Below are positions 11,601-25,400 of a stretch of DNA of 64,000 nucleotides, in pieces. Each line of letters starts with the position of its first letter. Position 1 is the first letter of the stretch. Source of the DNA: Eledone cirrhosa (Eukaryota). The stretch spans positions 342,798,001-342,862,000 of the forward strand of contig OZ024741.1 of the NCBI GenBank assembly GCA_964016885.1, written 5' to 3'. The notes below the pieces were generated by a model. It was given only the letters and a program-made list of their open reading frames with translations, was not told the origin of the DNA and did not search any database. The translations under genes and the position numbers were made by a program.

Positions 11601-12544
11601 TAGCCTTCAGATAATTGCCAGCTATTTCGTTCACCGCTTCCAATTCCAATTTAGTGGGTTCTTTACTGATTCTGGTGTTGTATGGTCTGTCACTCACATT
11701 AAGGCTGTGTATCTCTTGAAACATATCGTTCCATATCACTTGTAGGGTGTCCACAAGTTTTTGGTGTTCTGTTTGTTCAGTAGAGTCATGAATTTCAGCC
11801 TCGTTGTTGATGTGGTGACAATTACTACTAGAGTTAGCTGACCTTTGTCGCTGTTCTTCAGTGGAAGCGGGCTGGATTTCAGCAAAATTGTTGGTGAGCT
11901 GTTCACTGTTAGATTTAGCTGGCCATTCTCTTTGTCTGTCAGTGGAGGTGGGGTGGTTGTCTACAAGGGCTGTATTTGTAGTATCACTCAATTCCGTTAG
12001 ATGTATCAATTTACATCTAATGATACGTTTTGCCTGTTCATTTAAATGCTTTGGAGAAAAGTCTAATTCTGGGTATTTGGAGTTCCATACAGTTTTTAGC
12101 CTTTGCATAAAACCGAACTTTTGGGGTTCAGATTGTTTGTATGCTTCATATAATACTTTGTTAAGCTCGTAGCTCCACTGTATACAACGGTTGTAATTGC
12201 GATTTGGTCGAAGGAGACTTGTACTTTTTGCCATGATGAGTTCGTCTATTCACTAATATTTCGTATTTATTTTTCAAAATAGTCGATGATCTTCTTTAAA
12301 AGTTTCGACAAAGTTCTGACAGAATCAAATTTAAAGTTATTCACAGCTTGGGTAATATTTCTTTTCAGTTAGTTTTTAATTCTACAACTGTGTTTTAAAC
12401 GTTGTTCTTGAATCGTTTGAATCGAGAACAAAAAGAACCGTTACTTAGTATATTTCTTTATGAATGTAATATAATATAACAACGCTGTATTTATATGTTA
12501 AAGTTTATGTATCATTCATATAAACAGGTGTTCTACAACTTATT
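8653..12544 (-). mobile_element. Apparently full-length R4/Dong-like LINE family B (~3.9 kb)
   Basis: ~310-bp 5'UTR, ATG at 12234, Myb-like N-terminus (WSYELN..Y..S.P...GF..RL...W...YP), then KSPGPD, NYRPIAC, RT, CCHC and REL, split by ~5 frameshifts. (TATG)n on both sides. Confidence 0.95.
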
Positions 12545-13387
12545 GTATGTATGTATGTATGTATGTATGTATGTATGTATGTATGTATGTATGTATGTAT
12601 GTATGTATGTATGTATGTATGTATGTATGTGTGTATCTATGTATGTTTGTATGTATGTACGTATGTATGTATATATTATTATTATTCATTTACATATTTT
12701 TTCACACACCGAACCTCGTTAGCTAAGTATTATAAATGAAAGCTTTCCCATGGATCTCTGCATGAAAGTGAGGTTCGCTCAGTCGCCCTCGGACGTATAT
12801 TATGTATTTAAGTGTATGTTTGTCTAAGTATTAATCTAAGTTCACAATATATTGAAAATCATTTGTCTGTAAAGCACATAATATGTGCTCTTCACTTTAA
12901 ACTTAAACTTTTCTGTATGTTTATATCATGGGTGGTAACAATCTTATCTTTCCATATTTTACCAACAGTTTGTACCAGTTATTCCCAAATTTATTTCGTC
13001 GCAGAACCCATACCTCTGTGTTCAGATCTAAAGAAGAGATGGGCTTCGCCGGGCTTAAAATATCTAAGAAACGCCGTATGTCATTAGAGCGCATCGCGAC
13101 TACATTAAGAGTTACGTGTTAAAGAGAGTAAAATATTGCATATATTTGTGTATATAAAACACTTAACATTTCACACTGATCTTTAATAACTAGTGGTTGT
13201 TTCTTATTAAACCAAGCATAGGCAATTTTTTTCGAGCATTGGATCGCATAGGATGTGGCTCATCATAAGGCAGGCCCCATTACTAAAAAATTCAATTTTG
13301 AAATTAGGCGTGCCATTCATGACTGAATTAAGCCATGGAATTTCCACAAGATCAGCTATTATATATAATAACGGGGAGGTTTCTGAA

Positions 13388-13912
13388 ATTACATTAAGTT
13401 TTCTTCTTCTGGTGTGTGAGACTGTTGCTGTTTCAGGTTGCTGTCGTTCGTTTGATCGAGATCAGTGATCAGGGATCAGTTTTCAGGGCCCACGACGAGG
13501 AGGTCGAGAACTTGGGTTCATGAATGTTTGCTGAATTTGCCAATTGATTTTGGAAATACCTCGGTTCCGAGTACAACTATCCCGGTTGATTTGATCAACG
13601 TATCATCCTGGTCGGGAAATGATCATTCAAGTGTCTAAGCATTCCGCAGACACGGATAACCTTAACCTAGTTGTCAGGGGGATTCAGCGTGACATGGTGT
13701 TTGACATAGCTAGCTCTTCAAATTATGGATACAATTCATTTTTCGTAATTGAGTGGACTAGGGCAACTTGAAATACAGTTTTCTTGCGTATGAGACTGTT
13801 GATGTCAGGTTGTTGCTATTCATCTGATCGGGATCAGAGATCAGAGATCAGTGATCAGCTTCCAGGGCTCACCGCAAGGTGGTTGACAACTCGAGCACCA
13901 TTACATTAAGTT
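13388..13912. repeat. Diverged ~120-bp direct duplication surrounding a minus-strand SINE remnant
   Basis: 'tgagactgttg..caggttg..gatcag..cagggc' occurs at ~13415-13515 and ~13790-13890. Confidence 0.55.
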
Positions 13913-14055
13913 ATTTGGTTTCTTTACTGAAAGAAATATATTCTAGCTGACACTTGAAACGACTTACACATTTACATAGTTTGTCTTACAGTGGCAATCA
14001 CATCAGTTAATATGAACGAGCTCGTATTAATGCACAGTTCCAATGTTACTGATAA

Positions 14056-14066
14056 AGATGGCGACA

Positions 14067-14120
<54 letters not shown>

Positions 14121-14540
14121 GCTGTGTTGATAATGCTGCTGCTGATGATGATGATGATGACAATGATGATGATAGTGATGATGATGATGATGATGGTGAT
14201 ATTGATTATTATTATGATGATGACGACGACGACGAAGACAACAACAACGACGACTATGATGATAACAATGATGATGATGACAATGATGATGATGATGATG
14301 ATGATGATATTGATGATGATATTGATTATTATGATGATGATGACGACGACGACGACGACGACGACAACAACGACGTCGATGATGATGATGATGATGATGA
14401 TGACGACGACGACGACGATGACTATAATGATGACGATGATGGTGGTTAAGATGACGATGATGATGATGGTGATGATGATGATGATGATGATGATGGCTGT
14501 GTTGATAATGATGATGATGATGACAATGATAATAATGATA

Positions 14541-14574
<34 letters not shown>

Positions 14575-14612
14575 CGACGACGATGATGATGATGATGTTG
14601 ATGATGATGATG
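14056..14612. repeat. (GAT/GAC)n trinucleotide tract
   Basis: Direct reading. Accounts for the poly-D/M/I ORFs. Confidence 0.95.
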
Positions 14613-14831
14613 AAAGAAGGCATTCGTAGCTGAGAATATCGTCTTAAATCACGTTGCCACTGTTCGCTCGTCTATAGCCCACGGGAGAAATACCTGAAGA
14701 GAAAGCGAAAATACGATGTGTTTGCCATTCCTGTAAGCGACATTTCATATCGATTATTCAGTTGTCCGGCCTCCACTGTGTACGCATGCGCAACAACGTA
14801 CTTCACGTACACTCACCTATAAACATAAACG

Positions 14832-14867
<36 letters not shown>

Positions 14868-15072
14868 CACGCACATATACACCATACACACACCACACCA
14901 CACTACACCACACCACACATACACGCACGAGCGTCTTCTTATTCTGGCCTTCCGCATTCAAATGCACGTAAAAATGTCTATTTAATCATACATGCGCATT
15001 GATCAATACAGACAATTGTGCACAATTCACACGCATATATATGCATTTATACACACACACACATATATATAC

Positions 15073-15103
<31 letters not shown>

Positions 15104-15160
15104 TATATATATATATTTATATATACATATACATGCATACATTTATAAATATATATATAT

Positions 15161-15209
<49 letters not shown>

Positions 15210-15242
15210 TATATGTATATAATACATATATATAGATATAAA

Positions 15243-15284
<42 letters not shown>

Positions 15285-15296
15285 CCTATCTATCTA

Positions 15297-15430
<134 letters not shown>

Positions 15431-15446
15431 AATAAATATATATATG

Positions 15447-15478
<32 letters not shown>

Positions 15479-15951
15479 AGTATGTGTGTGCGTGTGTATG
15501 TGTGTATGTGTGTGTGTGTATACGTGAGTAGATACTTTAAATACATTTATAAGCTCATACATATATGAATACATTACACAGACACAGAATAAATACATAT
15601 ATTCGCCAATATAAAGCCGCAGAGACATAAATTGACCTTAGAATGACTAGTATCTGTGTATATACATCATCGCTCCCACCACCCAACACACACACACACA
15701 TATATATATATATATTTAGAGGAAGAGAGAGAGAGAGAGAGAGGGGAGTAAGAGAAAGTGAAGGAGAATGAGAGAGAACGACATAGTGAGTCAGACAGCA
15801 TATATATATATATGTATATACATATACACAAACAATACAGGCATATATATAAATCTACATACACGCATAAAACATACACACACATATATATGTATTTATA
15901 TATGTATGAACGTATATATATATGTATGTACGTATATATATATATATGTAC

Positions 15952-15998
<47 letters not shown>

Positions 15999-15999
<1 letters not shown>

Positions 16000-17176
16000 C
16001 GTTGACAAATATATCAATATACCCAGACATGCAGATATATTGCCCTTGGTATGACAGTGTGGTTTTAGCTCAATGTAGGATAACTAGTTGCATGCTCCAT
16101 CGAGCTGCGTCACCAGAACAAGATTAAATGACCAAAATGGGGGTCCCGAGGCTAGCGCTATATGGAAAAAGATAGAATACATGATGCACAAAATGTCATA
16201 AAATGTCTTAAAAAATTAAAAATTAAAAATTAAAAATTAAAAATTAAAAATTAAAAATTAAAAATTAAAAATTAAAAATTAAAAATTAAAAATTAAAAAT
16301 TAAAAATTAAAAATTACACCAAAGATTTATCACTTAAATGGTGCAATAGATGATAAAGAGGTTGGGAGAGGGTAGCAAGGGATGAGTGAAGGTATTACTC
16401 AGCATGATCAGAAACAATAAAAAAATAACAAAAAAAAAAAAAAAAAGTACAAAAATACAGGGATAAGAAAAGAGATAAATACAAAAATACAAAACAATAA
16501 AGGAACAAAAAGCCCGGACCCCCCCCAAATATAAGACAAAGCAAAGCATAGATGCATCAAAGCACAAGCAGTGCAAAAAGTGGGCGTACAGGCAGATCAA
16601 GAGAGTTTGCAAGCATGAGTCTGTGAAAAGAATAGTTGGTTAGCAGTAATGCAGCCTTACATGTATGATAGTCCATATGAGGGATGGTGTACTCCAATTA
16701 TATCGCCTTGTAACAGGTCGATTCTCCTTATCATATCCGCACCCTACGAACCACATCGATATGTTCCAGTTCCGAACGTTAAGTGAAATAACACTATTTT
16801 TCCAAAACCTATACCCAGGGGATTTATCACCATAGGCGGTCTGGGATATACACCTAAAATCTAAAATAAAAAATAAAAGAAGGTACGACGAGTTAAAGAA
16901 ATGTATGGCACATATACAGCCGGCACAGATGTGAGGAAATGGAACACATTCGGTCACACAATCCAACGTGCCAGGTGAAATTCACTGTATTTCTTTAACT
17001 TGTACCTTCTTTTATTTTTATTGTAGATTTTCGGTGTATATCCCAGATATCGATGGAGCATGCAACTAGTGATATACTCATGTTTATAGGCTCTGATGAT
17101 TCCTGCCATGGGGTATGGATGAAACACTGTTAGCTAATAAAACAATGTATTTCTAAGCACTCTTTGGTTATTTCTA

Positions 17177-17180
<4 letters not shown>
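15999..17180 (+). mobile_element. (TA)n-flanked PLE-type element with nested inverted repeats and a 3' hammerhead, interrupted by an A-rich insert
   Basis: Inverted repeats 16084-16103/17050-17069 and ~16840-16902/16989-17047. (TTAAAAA)n at 16208-16316. Confidence 0.6.
17082..17143 (+). ncRNA. Type I hammerhead ribozyme
   Basis: GUUUAUAGGCU-CUGAUGA-U UCC UGCC AUGG GGUA U GGA U-GAAAC ACU GUU^-AGCUAAUAAAAC. Confidence 0.75.
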
Positions 17181-17218
<38 letters not shown>

Positions 17219-17272
17219 CATATATATATCAATGATATTAATAAATGGAAACTATATTTATAAAACCATATT

Positions 17273-17334
17273 TATTTTATTATATATATTTCAAGGGTAC
17301 CAAAAACTTTGGTACGCCCTCATCAGATAAAATA
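17273..17334 (-). ncRNA. Type I hammerhead ribozyme
   Basis: UAUUUUAU-CUGAUGA-GGGCGUACCAAAGUUUUUGGUACCCUU-GAAAU AUAU AUA^-AUAAAAUA. Perfect 8-bp stem I. An adjacent long hairpin lies at 17358-17435. Confidence 0.8.
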
Positions 17335-17648
17335 CAAAATTTGTTTTATAAATGTTGACATACCCAGAAACCAGACCTTATCGGTTCAGGTTCCGTTTGG
17401 AACCTGAACCGATAAGGGCTGGTTTCTGGGTATGTATATATATATATTCATATTATACTCCAGGAAACTGTTGAGTATTTCGAATCTGTTATAAATAAAT
17501 TTGTTGAATTACCAACAAATTAAATATCTCTTTGCTTATATATATATGTGTGTGTGTGTGTGAGAGAGAGAGAGAGTGCATGTATGTTTGTATGCATTTA
17601 TATGTGCGTATACATAGATATATACAAGTATATATATACATTTATGTG

Positions 17649-17731
<83 letters not shown>

Positions 17732-17812
17732 ATATTTATACACATAAATGTATATATATACTTGTATATATCTATGTATACGCACATATAAATGCATACA
17801 AACATACATGCA

Positions 17813-17858
<46 letters not shown>

Positions 17859-18189
17859 CACATATATATATATATACACACACACAGATCATCTTTGCCT
17901 CAGAGTTAGTATTTCCCTGAAATGTGTTCGACATGTTCATAATGTTTCCAGAACACTCTTCTTCACTGCTTGATAGTCCATCTTGGTAACAGATACTAAA
18001 ATAGATTTCTATGGAACCTTCCTTGGATTAGAATTTATTACACTCGTGTTCTTACTTCTAACTACCCCGGTATATTTATCATATATAAAATCTACATTCT
18101 CCTACGCTACCATACCCATGGTCCTTCTAAACATTTTTAGTACCGATATTTTACGTTAATCTACATCACATGAATTTCCTATCTATTCC

Positions 18190-18800
18190 AGGGGTGACTG
18201 ACCTGTGGAATTATGTCGAACAGCTATTGTCACGTGTAGGACGCAGCCAGCTGTCAGCCGAGTCCATCGTGAGGATCACCCCGCCGCCTTCATTTAAGAA
18301 TGAAGGAGAGGCGGTTTTCCTCTGTCTGGTGGCTATGGCGAAAGAGGTAATATGGTGGACGAGGTTAAAAGGACTGAGTGCAAACACCTTTCTCTCCGGC
18401 CAACAGCTCATCCCCTTCTTTAAGTACCACTTCAGAAGGAAGGTGAGAGTGGAGAGAGAGGTGCTATACCCCAGTAAATTCGCTGAAAGGTGGGTGAATG
18501 TGGCGAGAAAATGTCCAGAGTGAATGGGCCTTCTCTGTATATAAACCTGTAGGTTGAGGAAGACAAACATAGGGAAGACGGGAACACCTACAAAACGTGT
18601 TCCTGGTGTTGAGGGTTGTTCTATCTACGGGGTGTAAAACAATCCCGCAGTAACGTTTCCCCCTATTGGGGATTTTGATTGCTTTATTTTGTATATAGTT
18701 TATTGTTATGCATTATTATTGTTAAATATTTTTATGTAAAACCCACGCCGTCACATCTTGTAATGTACCATTTTTGTACGCCCTTCAAATAAAGAAATAA
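18190..18800 (+). mobile_element. L1/Tx1-clade LINE 3' end with 9-bp TSD
   Basis: ORF2 C-terminus (LWNYVEQLL..AKEVIWWTR..F.ERW), T-rich 3'UTR and AATAAA. TSD ATCTATTCC at 18181-18189 and 18801-18809. Confidence 0.85.
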
Positions 18801-18889
18801 ATCTATTCCTTTTCTGCACGGCCTTTCTCCTAAAGGCAATAAGGTTTCCTACTTACTAAAAAGTTAGTTGTTGCGAATTTATTCTGAAC

Positions 18890-19420
18890 CCTTTTCATTA
18901 TAGATTTTTGCCTTCACCTTTGAAATGTGCCTACTAGATCCCCCATAGTTTCAACAATAAGAAATTGGTCAGCAAAACACAGGAGTTCCCATGGATAACC
19001 GACTCTAAACTTCTTTATTAGAGTTCGCAGAACTATAATAAACAGGAGGGGTCTGAAGACTGAGCCTTGATGATCATCTACTTGCACATTAAATTCTTTA
19101 CTGAATTCATTGCCAAATCTCATTTTACTGACGGTATCTCTGTGTATGGCTTGCACAGTTCTCACAAGCCATTTAACTATGATTGGTATTTTTAAAGCCG
19201 TTAGACAAAGATGCATGGTATCCTGTCAAATGCTTTCTTCAACTCAACGAATGCTGGATATAGGGTTTAGTCATGGTTTGAAATTTTTTTTGCAGTTGTC
19301 TCAAGAAGTGGCTATTGATTCTACAATCTCCTGGCACAAATAAAATCTGCATCACATCCAATCTAATTTCTCCCTAATTGTGCTAAAACTCTTTTTGTTA
19401 CTTTCATAATTTGATCTATC
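18890..19420 (-). pseudogene. Degenerate RTE-type reverse transcriptase fragment
   Basis: WLVRTVQAIH..F.VQV..HQGSV..PLLFIIVL..PWELL(YADD-like). Confidence 0.8.
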
Positions 19421-19427
19421 AGTTTTA

Positions 19428-19962
19428 CACCAACCAATCAGCCAACCAACCAACTAACCAACCAACCAATCAGCCAACCAACCAGCCAACTGACCAACCA
19501 GCTATCCAACCAACTAGCTAGCCAGCCAAACAGCAAATCAGCCAATCAACCAGCTATCCAACTAGCCAACCAGCCAACCAACCAACCAACGAACAAACTA
19601 TCCAACCAGCAAGTCAACAGCCAACCAGCCATCTAGCTAACTAGCAAGCCTACCAACGAGCAAGCCAACGAACCATCCAACCAGCCAGCAAACCAACTTA
19701 CCAAATAGCCAACCAACCAACCAACCAACCAACCAACCAACCAACCAACCAACCAACCAACTAACCATCCAACCAACCAACCATCCAACCAGCCAACCAT
19801 CCATCAACCAGCCAACTAGCCAACCAGCCAGCAAGCGAACCAGCCACTCACCCAACCAACAAACCAGCCAACCATCCTCCATCCATCCATCCATCCACCC
19901 AACTACCAGCCAACCAGCCAGACAACCAGCCAACCAACCAGCTAGTCAACCAATCAATCAAC
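19428..19962. repeat. (CCAA/CCAG/CCAT)n tetranucleotide tract
   Basis: Direct reading. Confidence 0.95.
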
Positions 19963-19964
19963 AT

Positions 19965-20977
19965 TACTGAGGGAGAGGAATTAACAGAATCGTTGGTTCG
20001 TCGAATGCAACGCAACAGCAGTATTTCGTTACGACCATCTATGTTCTGGTTTCAATTTCCGTCGAGATAAACTTTGTCTATCATCCTTCCAGTGTCGATA
20101 AAATAAAGTACTTGTTAAGTAGTGGGATCGATATAATCAACATTACCTTTCCTCCAAATTCTCGGCCTTGTGCCAATGTTAGAAAGAATTACAAGGGCTG
20201 GCTGGTTGGATGGCTGGTTGGCTGGTTGGCTGGTTGGATTGACAGCTTTTAACGCTCTGAGTTCAAATCCCGCCGAGATTAGCTTTGCCTTTCATCCCTA
20301 ATAGAGTCGGTAAAATAAAGTACCAGTAATGCAATGGGGTCGATTTAACCGACTTTCCCCTCCCCACAAAATGTTGGCATTGTGCCCAAATCAGAAACCA
20401 TTATTGGTGGATTGGCAGTATCGAGTTACGCATAGAGTTACGGCCCTTGCTATTCTGAGTTCAAATCCCGCCGAGGTTAACTTTGCCTTTCATCCTTACG
20501 GGGTTGATAAAATAAAGTACCAGTAATGCACTGGGTTAATTGCTGGCCTTGTGCCAAAAGTAGAAACAATTATTATTTGGCGGATTGGCAGTATCGGTAG
20601 AGAGTCGGACACCATGCATTGTAGGATAGAGTTACGCGCCTTTACGGTCTGAGTTCAAATCCCACCGAGGTTAACTTAGCCTTTCACACTTACGGGGTCA
20701 ATAAAATAAAGAACCAGTAATTCACTGGGTTAATTGCTGGCCTTGTGCCAAAAGTAGAAACAATTATTATTTGGCATCAAAGGGTGGGAGATTGGCAATA
20801 TCGGTAGAAGGTGGGACGCCATGCTTTGCAGCATAGAGTTACGCCCATTTATGGTCTGAGTTCAAATCATGCCGAGGTTAACTTTGCCTTTCATCCTTAC
20901 AAGGTCGATAAAATAAAGTACCAGTAATGAACTGAGATAATTGCTGGACTTGTGTCAAAAGTAGAAACAATTATTAT
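19965..20977 (+). mobile_element. Head-to-tail cluster of ~5 tRNA-derived Nin/Deu-domain SINEs
   Basis: Repeats of box B 'gagttcaaatccc', then 'gcctttcatccttacggggtcgataaaataaagtacc', then an (ATT)n tail, ~170-200 bp each. Confidence 0.85.
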
Positions 20978-20991
20978 ATATTAAAAATTAC

Positions 20992-21200
20992 TGTGAAGGC
21001 ACGTTGTGTAGTCGTCAGAGAATTGGATTCACAAGGCTGTGAGTTCGATTCCCAGACCGGACGATGTGTTTTGTCCTTGAGCAAGATTGTTTTTATCTTA
21101 CATTGCTTCAGCTTCCTCACTCGCAGAAATGAGTTGTGACGTCAGTGGAGCCAAGATGTATTGGTCTTTAACTTTACCTTGGACGACATCAGTGGTAGCA
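20992..21200 (+). mobile_element. CORE-type tRNA SINE
   Basis: tgtgaaggc.. gagttcgattccc.. gtccttgagcaag; same family as 104-355. Confidence 0.8.
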
Positions 21201-21705
21201 GTCGCTTCAGGCCTAGCAAACCAGTGATGGAAAATAAACCTGCTAACAGAAAAACCAAAAACAAACAGAAAGCCTCATTCTAGTCAAACCTCTTGACTGA
21301 TTGGCCATAGCTCTACCTGGTGTTGGGTAAAGATTAAAGATTACTGCATATAAACCGATAAAAGAACAACATTAATTTTGGCGACATTGTATTTGATCTT
21401 TCTTTCTCACTCTCCCTCCCTCTTCGTTGGGTATTACAGACTAATTAACCTTTAATTATATATATATTGTTATATTTTGGGAGGGTCATGTTGCCAATAA
21501 AAACACACGCACCTATTGGGTTTCACTTCAAAAATTTATTATAAATTTCCGGCTGGTTGGTTGGTTCGATAGCCGTAAGGTTGTTTATATATTGTCAAAG
21601 CTCTTTCGTCACACATTCTGGCTACATGACCCTCCCAAAATATAGCTATATCTGTTTCAACACACGTTTTCAGATAAGAAATCTCGCAAAACAAATTCAA
21701 AAACG

Positions 21706-21767
<62 letters not shown>

Positions 21768-21911
21768 ATATATATATATATATATATTACAGTACAAATA
21801 TTAATAAAATATTAATTATTTCGCTGGAATAGTGCCTAAGGTTTTCATGTTTACATAAAGTACGTTTTTCTTCTATGTATTCAAATTTACTTTGTTTAGT
21901 TTAATGAGCTA

Positions 21912-21957
21912 CAACTAAAGCTACTTGAACCGTCCAAAGGACGGGTAGTTTAGCTAG

Positions 21958-21958
<1 letters not shown>
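21912..21958 (+). mobile_element. Helitron-like 3' terminus
   Basis: GC hairpin CCGTCC-aaa-GGACGG (21930-21944), followed 9 nt later by CTAG|T. Confidence 0.65.
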
Positions 21959-24453
<2,495 letters not shown>

Positions 24454-25064
24454 ATATGTATATATTTGCATATACAGAAAGACCCGTATATGGTGAAAGC
24501 AGAAATTAAAACACACGCCAATAAAAACACATGCACCTGTTGGTTTTCACTTCAATTTTTTATAAGTTTCCGGTTGGTTGGCTGTATATTCTGAAAGCGC
24601 TTTCGTCACACATTTTGTGACCTCCTCAATGACTAGGTTTTTATTTTGTGTCCCTCCTTTGTTCTACCCTACTCTATCTTCTTAGATAAAATTAGTAGGT
24701 GTGCATTGCTTCAGTTTCTGAGTGTGAACACGTGGGTGTCTCAGTTTTATATTGTTGGTGTGTGTCTGTGAGTTCTTTGTTTTTACTTGTACATGTGTGT
24801 GTGCTGGGGCTTTATTCTATTGTTTCTCTCTCTCTCGCTCTCTCTCTCCCTTTCTCCCCCCTCTCTCCCCCTCTCTCTCTCTATATATATATAGGTTAAC
24901 TTTGCTATTCATCCTTACAGGGTTCGATAAAATAAAACACCAGTAATGTACTGGGATAATTCCTGGCCTTGAGCCAAAAGTAGAAGCAATTATTTGAGTA
25001 GTTTTATTCGACCACCTAATTTTTCAATACATCTCCCTTGCCGCAATAAAAAATATATCGTCAT

Positions 25065-25109
<45 letters not shown>

Positions 25110-25140
25110 CACCACCACCACCACCACCACCACCACTACA

Positions 25141-25174
<34 letters not shown>

Positions 25175-25246
25175 GTTTTCTTCAACTTCAACTGGTAATT
25201 TGAGGATGTTGCATGTTTTGTTCAATTGTATCTTTTCCAGTATATG

Positions 25247-25298
<52 letters not shown>

Positions 25299-25400
25299 TG
25301 TACACATGTATACATATATATATATATGTATACATATATATATATATATAGATATGTATGTATAATTATAATATATGTATATGTATATATATATATATAT

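Noticed and set aside
12235-12544. HDV-like ribozyme at the R4 5' end
   Set aside because: The AT-rich leader has no identifiable nested double pseudoknot.
13225-13275. Minus-strand ATGATGA...GAAA motif
   Set aside because: Unpaired A3/G8 and no valid stem III or cleavage triplet.
13991-14633. Poly-Asp acidic (biomineralisation-like) protein
   Set aside because: (GAT)n microsatellite, open in multiple frames, with no gene structure.
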